Source of the DNA: an uncultured Bacteroidales bacterium
GTDB lineage: Bacteria; Bacteroidota; Bacteroidia; Bacteroidales; FEN-979
DNA: 64,000 bases
Reading direction: 5' to 3'
NCBI GenBank assembly: GCA_903887775.1
Contig: CAISRB010000005.1
Location: forward strand, 80,773-144,772
Under the pieces are notes generated by a model. The model saw only the letters and a program-made list of their open reading frames with translations, had not been told where the DNA came from and searched no databases. Positions within the stretch are counted from its first letter, which is position 1. Each line of letters begins with the position of its first letter. Shown piece after piece: positions 21,021-29,962 of the stretch. A program made the position numbers and the translations under genes.

Positions 21021-21293
21021 ATGAACAAAGCTCAGTTAATCGAAGCAGTTGCAAAGGATGCAAAAATTACGAAGGCAGAAGCAAAAAGGGCACTGGAAGC
21101 TGTTATCACTTCCACAACGAAGGCTCTTGGCAAAGGTGAAAGAGTTGCTTTAGTAGGATTTGGCTCATTTGCCGTTTCAAAGCGTGCTGCCCGTAAAGGC
21201 CGTAACCCCCAGAATGGCAAAGAAATCAAGATCCCTGCAAAAAAAGTCGTAAAATTCAAGGCTGGAGCAGAACTTGTAAAGAAAGTTAAGTAA
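21021..21293 (+). CDS. hup: HU-family DNA-binding protein
   Basis: [29 protein letters not shown]...[37 protein letters not shown] is the canonical HU signature. The track ORF began at an upstream non-ATG codon. Confidence 0.9.
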   Translation: MNKAQLIEAVAKDAKITKAEAKRALEAVITSTTKALGKGERVALVGFGSFAVSKRAARKGRNPQNGKEIKIPAKKVVKFKAGAELVKKVK

Positions 21294-21321
21294 ACAGCTC
21301 ATGCAATTACTTCACGAAAAA

Positions 21322-21348
21322 AACCACCTTCCCGGTGGTTTTTTTTTA
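21322..21348 (+). terminator. Rho-independent terminator after hup
   Basis: AACCACC-TTCCC-GGTGGTT followed by T7. Confidence 0.8.
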
Positions 21349-21368
21349 TTTTTACCTATCCTCTGAAT

Positions 21369-23936
21369 ATGAACAAAAAGAATCAGAATATAATCTGGAT
21401 TGCCGTTCTCATGGCCGGACTGGCGCTAACCGGTTTTTTTGGTTTCAGGATTTATTTACATTCATTTCGCAATGAATGGGAGTTAAAGTGCCAGCAGGTA
21501 TCACTGAGACTTAATACCAGTTTAAGCTCCAACCGTGAAAAACTGCTGATGTTCCAGAAAGAAATGGACCGTTACCTGCAGTCACATCCGAAAGCCATCC
21601 GCCTGCCTTTAAACATTGCCGAGAAGCGCATACGATATATATACAGGGACAGGACAACCGACAGCATGTTTATTTTGTCCCCGGTGGAACTGATGAAGGA
21701 TCAGTTGAATTCAATGAAATTAGTACTCCAGGAGATGTATCCCTATACGAGGTTGCTGACAGGTGGTTCAGTTAATGTTGCTCGCCTGTATCTGCGACTG
21801 AAGTCAGGACAGGTACTGGAATACTATAACGGGAAAGCGCTTGAAGATTCGTTAATAATAAGTGGTTTCAACAATACACCCGAAAGAATGGCCCCGATCA
21901 GGGGGAAACAAGGGGAAGTTGACCTGACCAGGGACTTTTTTGGACAAGTGATAAAACAGAAGATCCTTACATTTTACACCGCTCTTGTTCTAAACGACAC
22001 TGTCATAGGAGAAATCTGCATTGATTACAGGATGGAGTATTTCAGGAAAGTCCTTGACATCGATCTCGACAAGGCAAGATTGTCATTGTATGATACCACC
22101 GGATACATTTTTTCAACGAGCGATGAACGGTTAAACGGCTTCCATGAGGTTAAGAACATTTACAGCTTCATTCCTGAACTGAAGCTCAGCGAGGAGTTCC
22201 GTAACAGCCAAAACACGGGATTTATTACTGCATCCATGGAAGGCAGATATTACAAATATTTTTACAGGATAGGCAAGGTCATTTTGGCAATGTATGCAAA
22301 GAAAACTGATGTATGGATGAGCATTTTCCTGGGACTGCTGCCTTTTTTCATTGTATTCATTGCCCTCTGGACAGCTTCCCTGGCGTATTACAAACAAAGA
22401 CAGACAACGCTGAAGCTCAGGTTGCTTTCAGCTGAGCTGGACGCAGCCAGGAAAGAGGCCGATTCGGCAAACCAGGCTAAGAGCGTGTTCCTGGCAAACA
22501 TGTCACATGAGATCAGGACACCCATGAATGCGATCATAGGATTCTCTCAGATACTGACAGGTTTGGTCAGGGACCCTGTGCAGGCAAATTATATTAAATC
22601 TATAAGTTCCAGCAGTAAAATACTTCTAAGCCTGATAAACGATATACTGGACCTTTCAAAAATTGAAGCGGGGAAACTTGAGATCCACCCTGAACCCTTC
22701 AACATAAGGCACCTTTTGTCAGAGGTTGGGTCCCTGTTTATAGCCAAGGCAACGGAAAAGGGTTTGGTGCTGACCATTTCAGTCGATGAAAACCTGCCCG
22801 GGAACCTGGTCTCCGATGAATTGCGCATCCGCCAGATATTACTGAACTTCATGAGCAATGCTTTAAAATTCACCGATGAGGGGGAGATCACGCTCTCTGC
22901 CGGTCTTCTTGCCCGGAAAGGGAACAGGGTCGACATGATTCTCAGTGTTAAGGATTCCGGCATAGGAATTAACCAGGATCAGATGAAGCATGTTTTCGGT
23001 GCTTTTGAGCAGGTTGAGAACCAGGATTCCCGCAAATACGGCGGTACAGGCCTTGGCCTGGCTATAACCCAGAAGCTTGTGACCCTGATGGGCGGCAGGG
23101 TTGAGGTTGAAAGTGAACCATTTATCGGCAGCACCTTCAGTGTAACCCTGCCGCTGTTAGAAGTGTTCGAAGGCGATCTGAATGCACCTTCAGTGAAAAT
23201 GGATCAGCATAGCAAGGTGAAATTTAATGATTCATCGGTTTTGATCGTCGACGATATAAGCAATAACAGGCTGGTTTTGAGTGGTTTGATGAGCGGGTTG
23301 GGCTTGAATTGCAGCGAGGCATCCAACGGTAAAGAGGCCCTTGAAATGATCCGCCGTGCAAAACCTTCATTGGTGATGATGGACCTCAGGATGCCGGTGA
23401 TGGACGGATTCGCTGCGGTGAAAGAGATCCGGGCCGATGTTTCACTCAGCGGCCTGCCGGTAATCGCTGTGAGTGCTTCAGCTTTTCACCAGGATGAACG
23501 GGATGTAAAACTGAAAGGTTTCGATAGTTTTCTCAAGAAGCCTGTCATTGCGGATGAGCTGATCGTTGAATTATGCAAGTTCCTTCCCTACGAAAACATA
23601 CAACCGGAAGATGGCACCCCTCAAGCTGCAGGGGTTCCGGATCATACAGTCAGTGCACAAGTCCTTAACGCCCTTCTTGCAGAACTATCGGGTGAGTTTC
23701 GTGACAATGTGTCTGCGGCCTTGAAAAAGAGATCAGTTCAATTTTCGAAAACCTTGCTTGAAAAAGCACACCTACTCGTTAAAAAGTATTCCTGGGAGCC
23801 CTTTTCAAAATGGGTGGCCTCTTTGGATCTGGCTATAGAGTCCTTCGACATTGCACTTATGGAAACAGTATTGAAGGAGTTTGAACCTATGCTCCGCAAG
23901 GCAAAGGACGTATTATCAGGTATGAACAACAATTAA
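21369..23936 (+). CDS. Hybrid sensor histidine kinase / response regulator
   Basis: 855 aa. The order is TM, extracytoplasmic sensor region, TM, HisKA (FLANMSHEIRTPMNAI), HATPase_c (DSGIGI, GTGLGLAI) and a receiver (VLIVDDISNNR...MDLRMPVMDG), with a helical Hpt-like tail. Confidence 0.9.
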   Translation: MNKKNQNIIWIAVLMAGLALTGFFGFRIYLHSFRNEWELKCQQVSLRLNTSLSSNREKLLMFQKEMDRYLQSHPKAIRLPLNIAEKRIRYIYRDRTTDSMFILSPVELMKDQLNSMKLVLQEMYPYTRLLTGGSVNVARLYLRLKSGQVLEYYNGKALEDSLIISGFNNTPERMAPIRGKQGEVDLTRDFFGQVIKQKILTFYTALVLNDTVIGEICIDYRMEYFRKVLDIDLDKARLSLYDTTGYIFSTSDERLNGFHEVKNIYSFIPELKLSEEFRNSQNTGFITASMEGRYYKYFYRIGKVILAMYAKKTDVWMSIFLGLLPFFIVFIALWTASLAYYKQRQTTLKLRLLSAELDAARKEADSANQAKSVFLANMSHEIRTPMNAIIGFSQILTGLVRDPVQANYIKSISSSSKILLSLINDILDLSKIEAGKLEIHPEPFNIRHLLSEVGSLFIAKATEKGLVLTISVDENLPGNLVSDELRIRQILLNFMSNALKFTDEGEITLSAGLLARKGNRVDMILSVKDSGIGINQDQMKHVFGAFEQVENQDSRKYGGTGLGLAITQKLVTLMGGRVEVESEPFIGSTFSVTLPLLEVFEGDLNAPSVKMDQHSKVKFNDSSVLIVDDISNNRLVLSGLMSGLGLNCSEASNGKEALEMIRRAKPSLVMMDLRMPVMDGFAAVKEIRADVSLSGLPVIAVSASAFHQDERDVKLKGFDSFLKKPVIADELIVELCKFLPYENIQPEDGTPQAAGVPDHTVSAQVLNALLAELSGEFRDNVSAALKKRSVQFSKTLLEKAHLLVKKYSWEPFSKWVASLDLAIESFDIALMETVLKEFEPMLRKAKDVLSGMNNN

Positions 23937-23942
23937 AATAAA

Positions 23943-25097
23943 ATGGCGGAAAAGATATTGCTGGTTGACGACCAGCCTAAAAATATACAGGTCGCAGGTA
24001 CACTGCTATCGGCAAACGGGTATGAAGTTGAAGCTGCCACCGACGGATTCAGGGCGCTCGAATGGTTAAGTGAGGAGAGTTTCGACCTGGTGCTGCTTGA
24101 TGTAATGATGCCGGGAATGGATGGTTTTGAAACCTGCAGAAGGTTAAAACAACTACCAGGGGGAGAAGATATCCCGGTGATCTTCCTTACAGCAAAAAGC
24201 GATACCGATAGCCTGGTTGAAGGCTTCCAGTCGGGAGGGATCGATTACCTGGCAAAGCCCTTCCAGGCAGAAGAGCTGATGGTAAGGGTAAAGACCCACC
24301 TGGAAATGAAACAAATGAGGGCGAAACTCAAAGATGTCAATAAATGGCTGCAGACAGAGGTTTCAAATAAAACTATCGAGATCACCGAAGCTAACCAGCA
24401 GCTGAAAGATGCGCTGTTAAAAGTGGAATCCCTGGATAAAAGCAAGGATAATTTCCTGAAGATCATCAGCCATGAGATCCGGACGCCATTAAATGGCATC
24501 ATAGGGGCAAGTTTTTTGCTAAAGAGCATGGCCGTTTCACCCGAGCAGAAAGAGTTTTTTGAAATGCTCGACATCTCCCTCAAGAGGCTTGAAAGCTTTT
24601 CATATGCAGCTCTTCAGATAACCCAACTACAGGCTTCCGGCAATTTCTTCCCAAAGCAGCATGTTGACGTTCATGAAATTGTGGAAGAGGCAAATAAAAT
24701 AGCTCTTGCTGACCAGCAAAGGCGATTTTTTCTTGAGTCTGAGGATATCCCTCCCCTCAATGTAAACAAGGATCTGTTTGTAACGGCCCTGATAAAGCTT
24801 CTCGATAATGCCATACGCTATTCTCCTGCAGACTCGTTGATTACCCTAAAAGTACACAAACAGGCCAATGGACTTCACTTCAAACTAACGGACTAAGGAC
24901 CGGGCTTCTCCCCTGAAGTCCTTCTGAGAAAATTTGAACTCTTCGTAACAGGTGAGACCCATGTGGATAAAAATCCGGGACTAAGCCTCCCTCTGGTAAA
25001 ATTTATTATTGAAGCCCACGGGGGCCGCATAGATCTGTATAATAATCCTTCAGGAGGAGCTGTTGTGGAATTTTATATCCCGGACAATTCACTCTGA
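23943..25097 (+). pseudogene. Response-regulator receiver + histidine-kinase hybrid interrupted by one in-frame TAA (24894-24896)
   Basis: The receiver (LLVDDQPKNI...LDVMMPGMDG), HisKA (FLKIISHEIRTPLNGI) and N-box (LLDNAIRYS) end at LTD-TAA. The same frame then continues GPGFSPEVL...NPGLSLPLVKFIIEAHGG, which are the G1/G2 boxes. The stop therefore sits inside the DxGxG motif. Confidence 0.7.
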
Positions 25098-25147
25098 AAA
25101 AAAACCATTATTTTTACCCGGAATTTGAATTAGAAAAATAACGATAT

Positions 25148-25765
25148 ATGAAAAAAGTACTGTTGATTTTTGCCATCGCCCTGTTCGCTGCCGATATGTC
25201 TTACGGGCAATTTGCCCTTGGTCTTAAGGTGGGTTATAATGCGAACAAACTTTCAACTAATCTCGACACCGTTAAATCTCAGTTCAACAGCGGATTTCAT
25301 GTCGGTATATGGACCCGGATCGGGAAACGTTTTTATGTCGCGCCGGAGGTGCAATATACGATGAGCGGCGCAGTTTTTACAGGCTCGGGAAACCTCTCAA
25401 CCAGTAATTGGAAACAAAAGATCACTATAGGGAGTGTCGATGTTCCGTTGTTGCTGGGTTTCAAGATCATCCATTCTGACGTTATCAGCTGGAGAATAGA
25501 GCTCGGGCCGGAAGCTTCATTTATAACAAACAAAAAGATTGAAGATGAGAATTCCGTTACCGGCCCGATAACTGAAGCCAGCCTGAGTTCAGTGAACTGG
25601 TATATCATGGGGGGCACCGGGATCGATATTTTATTCCTGAAGTTCGACGTCAGGTACACCTATGGTCTGAACCAGATGATAAAAGATGCAGGCTCCTGGC
25701 ACTTCGATGCCAAAAACGGCATGTGGGTCGTGTCGCTTGGGTTTAAGATCTTTGGAAAAAAATAA
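25148..25765 (+). CDS. Outer-membrane beta-barrel (porin-family/OmpW-like) protein
   Basis: 205 aa with a signal peptide (MKKVLLIFAIALFAADMSYGQ), alternating beta-strand pattern and an aromatic C-terminus (LGFKIFGKK). Confidence 0.7.
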   Translation: MKKVLLIFAIALFAADMSYGQFALGLKVGYNANKLSTNLDTVKSQFNSGFHVGIWTRIGKRFYVAPEVQYTMSGAVFTGSGNLSTSNWKQKITIGSVDVPLLLGFKIIHSDVISWRIELGPEASFITNKKIEDENSVTGPITEASLSSVNWYIMGGTGIDILFLKFDVRYTYGLNQMIKDAGSWHFDAKNGMWVVSLGFKIFGKK

Positions 25766-25769
25766 TTTC

Positions 25770-26366
25770 TCAAAGTTGCGTTCTGAACCTGTAAGGTAAG
25801 TCTGCGTCTTTCCCTGCATATTCAACTCCAATGCGGGCGAACGCACCGATGGCAGATGGATCAATCATAATCCCGCGGTCTTCAATCCATATCCCGTCAT
25901 CCGTGATGTTTGCTGATTTCCGGAGGAGGCTGCTGCCGGTATCAGAAAAATGAATCCCGAGCAGTTTAGCAACTTTCCCGGGTCCGTCCCCAATGTTTTT
26001 TGTAAGTTTTGGCTTCCCTGCCCGCTTCAGCATGATATCAGCATTATCAAGAGGGTTGATGGCCCTGATAAGCACTGCATGAGGAATGTCTTTCCTGTTC
26101 GTCACCACGTTAAACAGGGAATGAACCCCGTAACAGAGGTAAACGTAGGCGGTTCCGCCATCATGGTACATGATCTCCGTCCTGGCAGTCCGCCTTCCGC
26201 CGAAGGCATGTGAAGCAGAATCAATAATGCCGTTGTAGGCTTCGGTTTCATAAATGATTCCGGATGTGGTTATTCCGTTAATCCGGCTTACAAGCACTTT
26301 GCCAATAAGCTCACGGGCTATATGAACAACGTCTTCTCTCGAATAAAAGAAATAGGGGAGGATCAT
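25770..26366 (-). CDS. mpg: DNA-3-methyladenine glycosylase (Mpg/AAG family)
   Basis: ARELIGKVLV...GIIYETEAYNG..DSASHAFGGRRTARTEIMYHDGGTAYVYLCYGVHSLFNVV matches the MPG family. The start is placed at MILPYFF (26366). The track extension to 26420 runs into the TGTACA repeat array. Confidence 0.85.
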   Translation of the reverse strand: MILPYFFYSREDVVHIARELIGKVLVSRINGITTSGIIYETEAYNGIIDSASHAFGGRRTARTEIMYHDGGTAYVYLCYGVHSLFNVVTNRKDIPHAVLIRAINPLDNADIMLKRAGKPKLTKNIGDGPGKVAKLLGIHFSDTGSSLLRKSANITDDGIWIEDRGIMIDPSAIGAFARIGVEYAGKDADLPYRFRTQL

Positions 26367-26385
26367 GGGGCAAAAGTCGGAAAAA

Positions 26386-26463
26386 TGTACAAATGACCAT
26401 GTACAAATTACAAATATCAATGGATTGGAGCAGATCTATTATTTGTACATTGTACATTGTACA
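26386..26463. repeat. TGTACA-centred repeat array: TGTACAAAT x2 (26386-26394, 26400-26408) facing ATTTGTACA followed by TTGTACA x3 (26441-26463)
   Basis: Read directly from the sequence. It lies in the intergenic region between divergent mpg and the methyltransferase gene. Confidence 0.85.
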
Positions 26464-26474
26464 TTCAACATTCT

Positions 26475-26482
26475 TAATTTTG
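26475..26482 (+). promoter_or_regulatory. -7 promoter box (TAATTTTG)
   Basis: Lies 26 nt upstream of the ATG at 26509. Confidence 0.5.
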
Positions 26483-26508
26483 TTTCCGAATGTTAACATC
26501 CTTATCTT

Positions 26509-27318
26509 ATGTCTGCTTCCGAAAAAACACTATTGTACGACGAACTCCCATTCTGGTCGGCTCCCTTCGGGATACTGTTGCTCGATACGCTGATATACAA
26601 AAAGAATATCAGGGTGCTTGATATTGGTTGCGGATACGGTTTTCCTATGTTCGAGCTGGCCGACAGGCTGGGGGAGGGAAGCGAGGTTCACGGGCTGGAC
26701 CCATCGGATGATGCGATGGAAGTCCTGAAGGATAAGATCCGGCTCAGGGATGTGACCAATGCATTTGCTGTACAGGGGAGGGGTGAGGACATGCCCTTTG
26801 GCAATGGTGTTTTTGATCTGATTATTTCAAACAACGGGTTTAATAATGTTAACGACCAGAGCAAGGTGCTTCGTGAATGTTTCAGGGTTTGTAAACCCGG
26901 CGCCCAGATGGTGCTAACGATGAACCTTCCCCATACCATGACCGAATTTTATGATGCCCTCAGGTCGGTGCTCGAGAACCTGAATTTGCAGGATTGTATT
27001 GCCGCCATGGATGAACATATTTACGACAAACGCAAACCTGTTGAATATCTTCAGGCCCTGATAACGGATCACGGGTTCCGGATCTCGTCGGTTCAGCCCG
27101 ACGGCTTCAAATATCGTTTTACATCGGCCAGGGCTTTTTACAGGCATTACCTGATAAGGAACTTCTTTCTGCCGCACTGGAAAGAATTTTTACCTGATGG
27201 AAGGCAGGAGGATATATTATCGGAAGCTGCCAAATTGATGGATGAAAAAGCTGAGGCTGCCAGGCATCTCGAGATTTCGGTACCGTTTGTATGTTTCGAC
27301 TGCAGGAAAGCAGAATGA
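26509..27318 (+). CDS. Class I SAM-dependent methyltransferase
   Basis: 269 aa with motif I VLDIGCGYGFP and post-I/II spacing (DLIISNNGFNNV) typical of Methyltransf_11/25. The substrate is unknown. Confidence 0.75.
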   Translation: MSASEKTLLYDELPFWSAPFGILLLDTLIYKKNIRVLDIGCGYGFPMFELADRLGEGSEVHGLDPSDDAMEVLKDKIRLRDVTNAFAVQGRGEDMPFGNGVFDLIISNNGFNNVNDQSKVLRECFRVCKPGAQMVLTMNLPHTMTEFYDALRSVLENLNLQDCIAAMDEHIYDKRKPVEYLQALITDHGFRISSVQPDGFKYRFTSARAFYRHYLIRNFFLPHWKEFLPDGRQEDILSEAAKLMDEKAEAARHLEISVPFVCFDCRKAE

Positions 27319-27337
27319 TTTACGATTTACGAATATT
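27317..27337. repeat. Tandem heptamers GATTTAC GATTTAC GAATATT
   Basis: Read directly from the sequence. It starts inside the methyltransferase stop codon, in the convergent gap with recQ. Confidence 0.8.
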
Positions 27338-27374
27338 TTACCTTCAATTGCAATGGTAATCCGTAAATACAAAA

Positions 27375-29285
27375 TCACATGCTCCAACTGTATTTCCCAT
27401 CGCCGTCTTTCTCCAGCTTCCCGTTATCCATCAGCCATCTGACCACGAGGACCACTTTATCCTCATGAAAGCCTGATGCTGCTGCCACAAGGCTCCCTAT
27501 ATCCGCACCACCGCTTTTCAGGACCGGCTTGATCAGTTTCAACACCCCGTCGAATTCCATTTCATTGAGCCCGAGCTTGTTCCTTTCGATGCAAACATCG
27601 CATCGGCCGCATCGTTTCGAAGTCTTTTCACCGAAATACCCAAGCAGTTGCTGGCTCCGGCATTTGTTTGACAATCCGGCATAATGGATCATCGCTTCCA
27701 GCCTTTGTCCGGCTTCTTTGAGACGATCCTGGTAATACACCGGGGAGATGCGGATATCCTTCCCGTCGAGGCGGTCGTCGAGGTAAACCAGCTGCGGTTT
27801 ATCTGATGCCGGGGTATAATCAATGAGCTTCAGCTTTTCCAGCCTTTTCAGGTGTTTCACGAGGTCTTCTGTACTAATGCCTGCCCTTCGTGCCAGTTCG
27901 GCCTCACTGAAGCCCACGAACTCGGTGAGCACACCTGTATATGAACGGAGAATTGTCTTCAGCAAGAGGTCGTAAAATTCATTTTCAACCTGGAAGCGGT
28001 ACAATGTTTCCTTATCGGCCTTCACAAAGATCCTTGAAGGACGGTGAACTGCATCCGAAAGCATGATATAGCCTTCTTTTTCGAGAAATTTCAGGGAGTT
28101 GTACGCAATGACAGTCTGGAATTTATATTCGGATGCAAAGGCGGCCAGGTCCATATCAAACCGGGAATCCTTTCCGCTGCCGACCGGTATCTGGAAATAA
28201 TTCCCCAGTGCCTGGTATACCGACCTGATCATACCGAGTTCCGGAAAAGTCTGTTCAAGATTTTTCTTTGCTTCAAGCAGGTCGGCATTTTCATAAAGCA
28301 GGACGGCATAGGCCTGTTTTTCATCCCTTCCTGCACGCCCGGCCTCCTGGAAATAGGATTCGACGCATTCAGGCAGGTCCATATGCACCACGACCCTCAC
28401 ATTAGCTTTGTCGATGCCCATCCCAAAAGCATTGGTGGCAACCATGATACGGACCTTTTCACCGATCCATGAATTCTGCTTCTGGTCACGCACTTTCTGG
28501 ATGAGCCCAGCATGATAATAATCGGCGCTGATCCCGTTCTTTTTCAAAAATTCAGCAATCAGCTTTGTTTCCCTGCGGTTCCTTACGTAAATGATACCGC
28601 TTCCCCTGACATTGTTCAGGATCTTAAGCAGTCGCCCGGGTTTATCTTCTTCTTTAAAGACCACATAGGTAAGGTTCTTTCGCTCAAAGCTTTTGCGCAG
28701 AAGGTGTTCACGACGGAACTGCAGTTTTTCCTGTATGTCCTTCACAACTTTGGGAGTTGCCGTCGCGGTAAGGGCGAGCAATGGGGTTCCCGGTATGAAC
28801 GGCCTGATCTCTGCTATTTTTAAATAAGGAGGGCGGAAGTCATAGCCCCATTGTGAAACACAATGTGCTTCGTCAACAGCCAGCAGGTTAATTTTGGTTT
28901 TTCGCAGCAGTTCCCTGATCCGTTCAGTGGCAAGACGCTCAGGGGAAATGTACAAAAGTTTGATCGCTCCGAAACGGGCATTGCTGAGCACCCTTTCCTG
29001 TTCATCGGGATGCATGCCCGAATGCACGGCTGCAGCTGCTATCCCCTTGTTTTTTAGGCTGTCGACCTGGTCTTTCATCAGGGAAATAAGGGGGGAAATG
29101 ACCAGGCACATTCCGTCCATTGCAAGAGCCGGTACCTGGTAGCAAAGCGATTTGCCTCCTCCGGTAGGCAGAAGAGCCAGGGTATCTTCCCCCTTTAGTA
29201 CCGATTGGATGATCTCTTCCTGTAAAGGGCGGAAGGATGTGTAACCCCAGTATTTGGTTAATATTTGGTGGATGCTGGGTGACAA
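27375..29285 (-). CDS. recQ: ATP-dependent DNA helicase RecQ
   Basis: 636 aa. FRPLQEEII, LLPTGGGKSLCYQVPA, LLAVDEAHCVSQWGYDFRP, LTATAT, TNAFGMGIDKANVRVVVH, YFQEAGRAGRD and the Zn-binding CRxxxLLxYFGE...CxxCDxC. Confidence 0.95.
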   Translation of the reverse strand: MSPSIHQILTKYWGYTSFRPLQEEIIQSVLKGEDTLALLPTGGGKSLCYQVPALAMDGMCLVISPLISLMKDQVDSLKNKGIAAAAVHSGMHPDEQERVLSNARFGAIKLLYISPERLATERIRELLRKTKINLLAVDEAHCVSQWGYDFRPPYLKIAEIRPFIPGTPLLALTATATPKVVKDIQEKLQFRREHLLRKSFERKNLTYVVFKEEDKPGRLLKILNNVRGSGIIYVRNRRETKLIAEFLKKNGISADYYHAGLIQKVRDQKQNSWIGEKVRIMVATNAFGMGIDKANVRVVVHMDLPECVESYFQEAGRAGRDEKQAYAVLLYENADLLEAKKNLEQTFPELGMIRSVYQALGNYFQIPVGSGKDSRFDMDLAAFASEYKFQTVIAYNSLKFLEKEGYIMLSDAVHRPSRIFVKADKETLYRFQVENEFYDLLLKTILRSYTGVLTEFVGFSEAELARRAGISTEDLVKHLKRLEKLKLIDYTPASDKPQLVYLDDRLDGKDIRISPVYYQDRLKEAGQRLEAMIHYAGLSNKCRSQQLLGYFGEKTSKRCGRCDVCIERNKLGLNEMEFDGVLKLIKPVLKSGGADIGSLVAAASGFHEDKVVLVVRWLMDNGKLEKDGDGKYSWSM

Positions 29286-29299
29286 GATTTACGATTTAG
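29286..29299. repeat. Tandem heptamers GATTTAC GATTTAG
   Basis: Read directly from the sequence. It abuts the recQ start codon on its upstream side. Confidence 0.8.
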
Positions 29300-29398
29300 G
29301 AAAAACAAAGTTATTAAAGCAAACATATCACTTTTTGATAATACGAGGATAAAGAGCAATAAGATAAATCGTTTTTATGAGCACTTTATCTTCAAAAT

Positions 29399-29953
29399 AT
29401 GGACGAAAACAATAAACAATTGAACATCCCCGATGAGCTGATCATGAATAAAATCATGATTGTGAGAGGAGTAAAAGTAATGATTGGCAGTGACCTTGCA
29501 GAGCTTTACGGTGTTTCTAACAAAAGGCTCAATGAGCAGGTAAAACGCAATGCCAAACGCTTTCCGGCAGATTTTATGTTCCAGTTGACAGAACAGGAGA
29601 AAGAGGAGGTGGTCGCAATTTGCGACCACCTCAAACGACTCAAGTTCTCACCTAACCTTCCTTATGTGTTTACTGAGCATGGGGCAGTAATGCTTGCCAG
29701 CGTATTGAATAGTGACAGAGCCATTAAAGTCAACATCCAGATCGTGAGGGTATTTACAAGAATGCGTCAGTTGCTGGAAACCCATGCAGAGATATTACGA
29801 AAGTTAGAGCAGTTACAGAAAAAAGATGTTGAGCAGGATAAGCAGATCCTGCTGATCTTCGAATATCTAAAGCAGCTTGAGCAGACAAAACAGCAACAGC
29901 TTGAAATTACCGAACGCAATCGTATTGGCTTCAAACGTGGTGATGAATCGTAA
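29399..29953 (+). CDS. ORF6N-domain (KilA-N-related DNA-binding) protein
   Basis: 184 aa. IMIVRGVKVMIGSDLAELYGVSNKRLNEQVKRNAKRFPADFMFQLTEQE...PYVFTEHGAVMLASVLNSDRAIKVNIQIVRVF is the ORF6N pattern, followed by a coiled-coil C-terminus. Confidence 0.8.
   Translation: MDENNKQLNIPDELIMNKIMIVRGVKVMIGSDLAELYGVSNKRLNEQVKRNAKRFPADFMFQLTEQEKEEVVAICDHLKRLKFSPNLPYVFTEHGAVMLASVLNSDRAIKVNIQIVRVFTRMRQLLETHAEILRKLEQLQKKDVEQDKQILLIFEYLKQLEQTKQQQLEITERNRIGFKRGDES
29608..29630. repeat. Perfect 11+11 palindrome GGTGGTCGCAA-T-TTGCGACCACC inside the ORF6N coding sequence
   Basis: Read directly from the sequence. It has the same architecture as the palindromes at 56630-56650 and 58045-58065. Confidence 0.9.
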
Positions 29954-29962
29954 ATCGTAATT
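29949..29962. repeat. Tandem heptamers CGTAAAT CGTAATT (reverse orientation of the ATTTACG family)
   Basis: Read directly from the sequence. It spans the ORF6N stop codon and the 8-nt gap to the citF stop. Confidence 0.75.

Noticed and set aside
24894-24896. TAA reassignment (alternative genetic code) as the explanation for the in-frame stop
   Set aside because: TAA clearly terminates other well-defined genes in the window (for example the HlyD adaptor, rpmH, MATE and HU), so genome-wide recoding is not supported.
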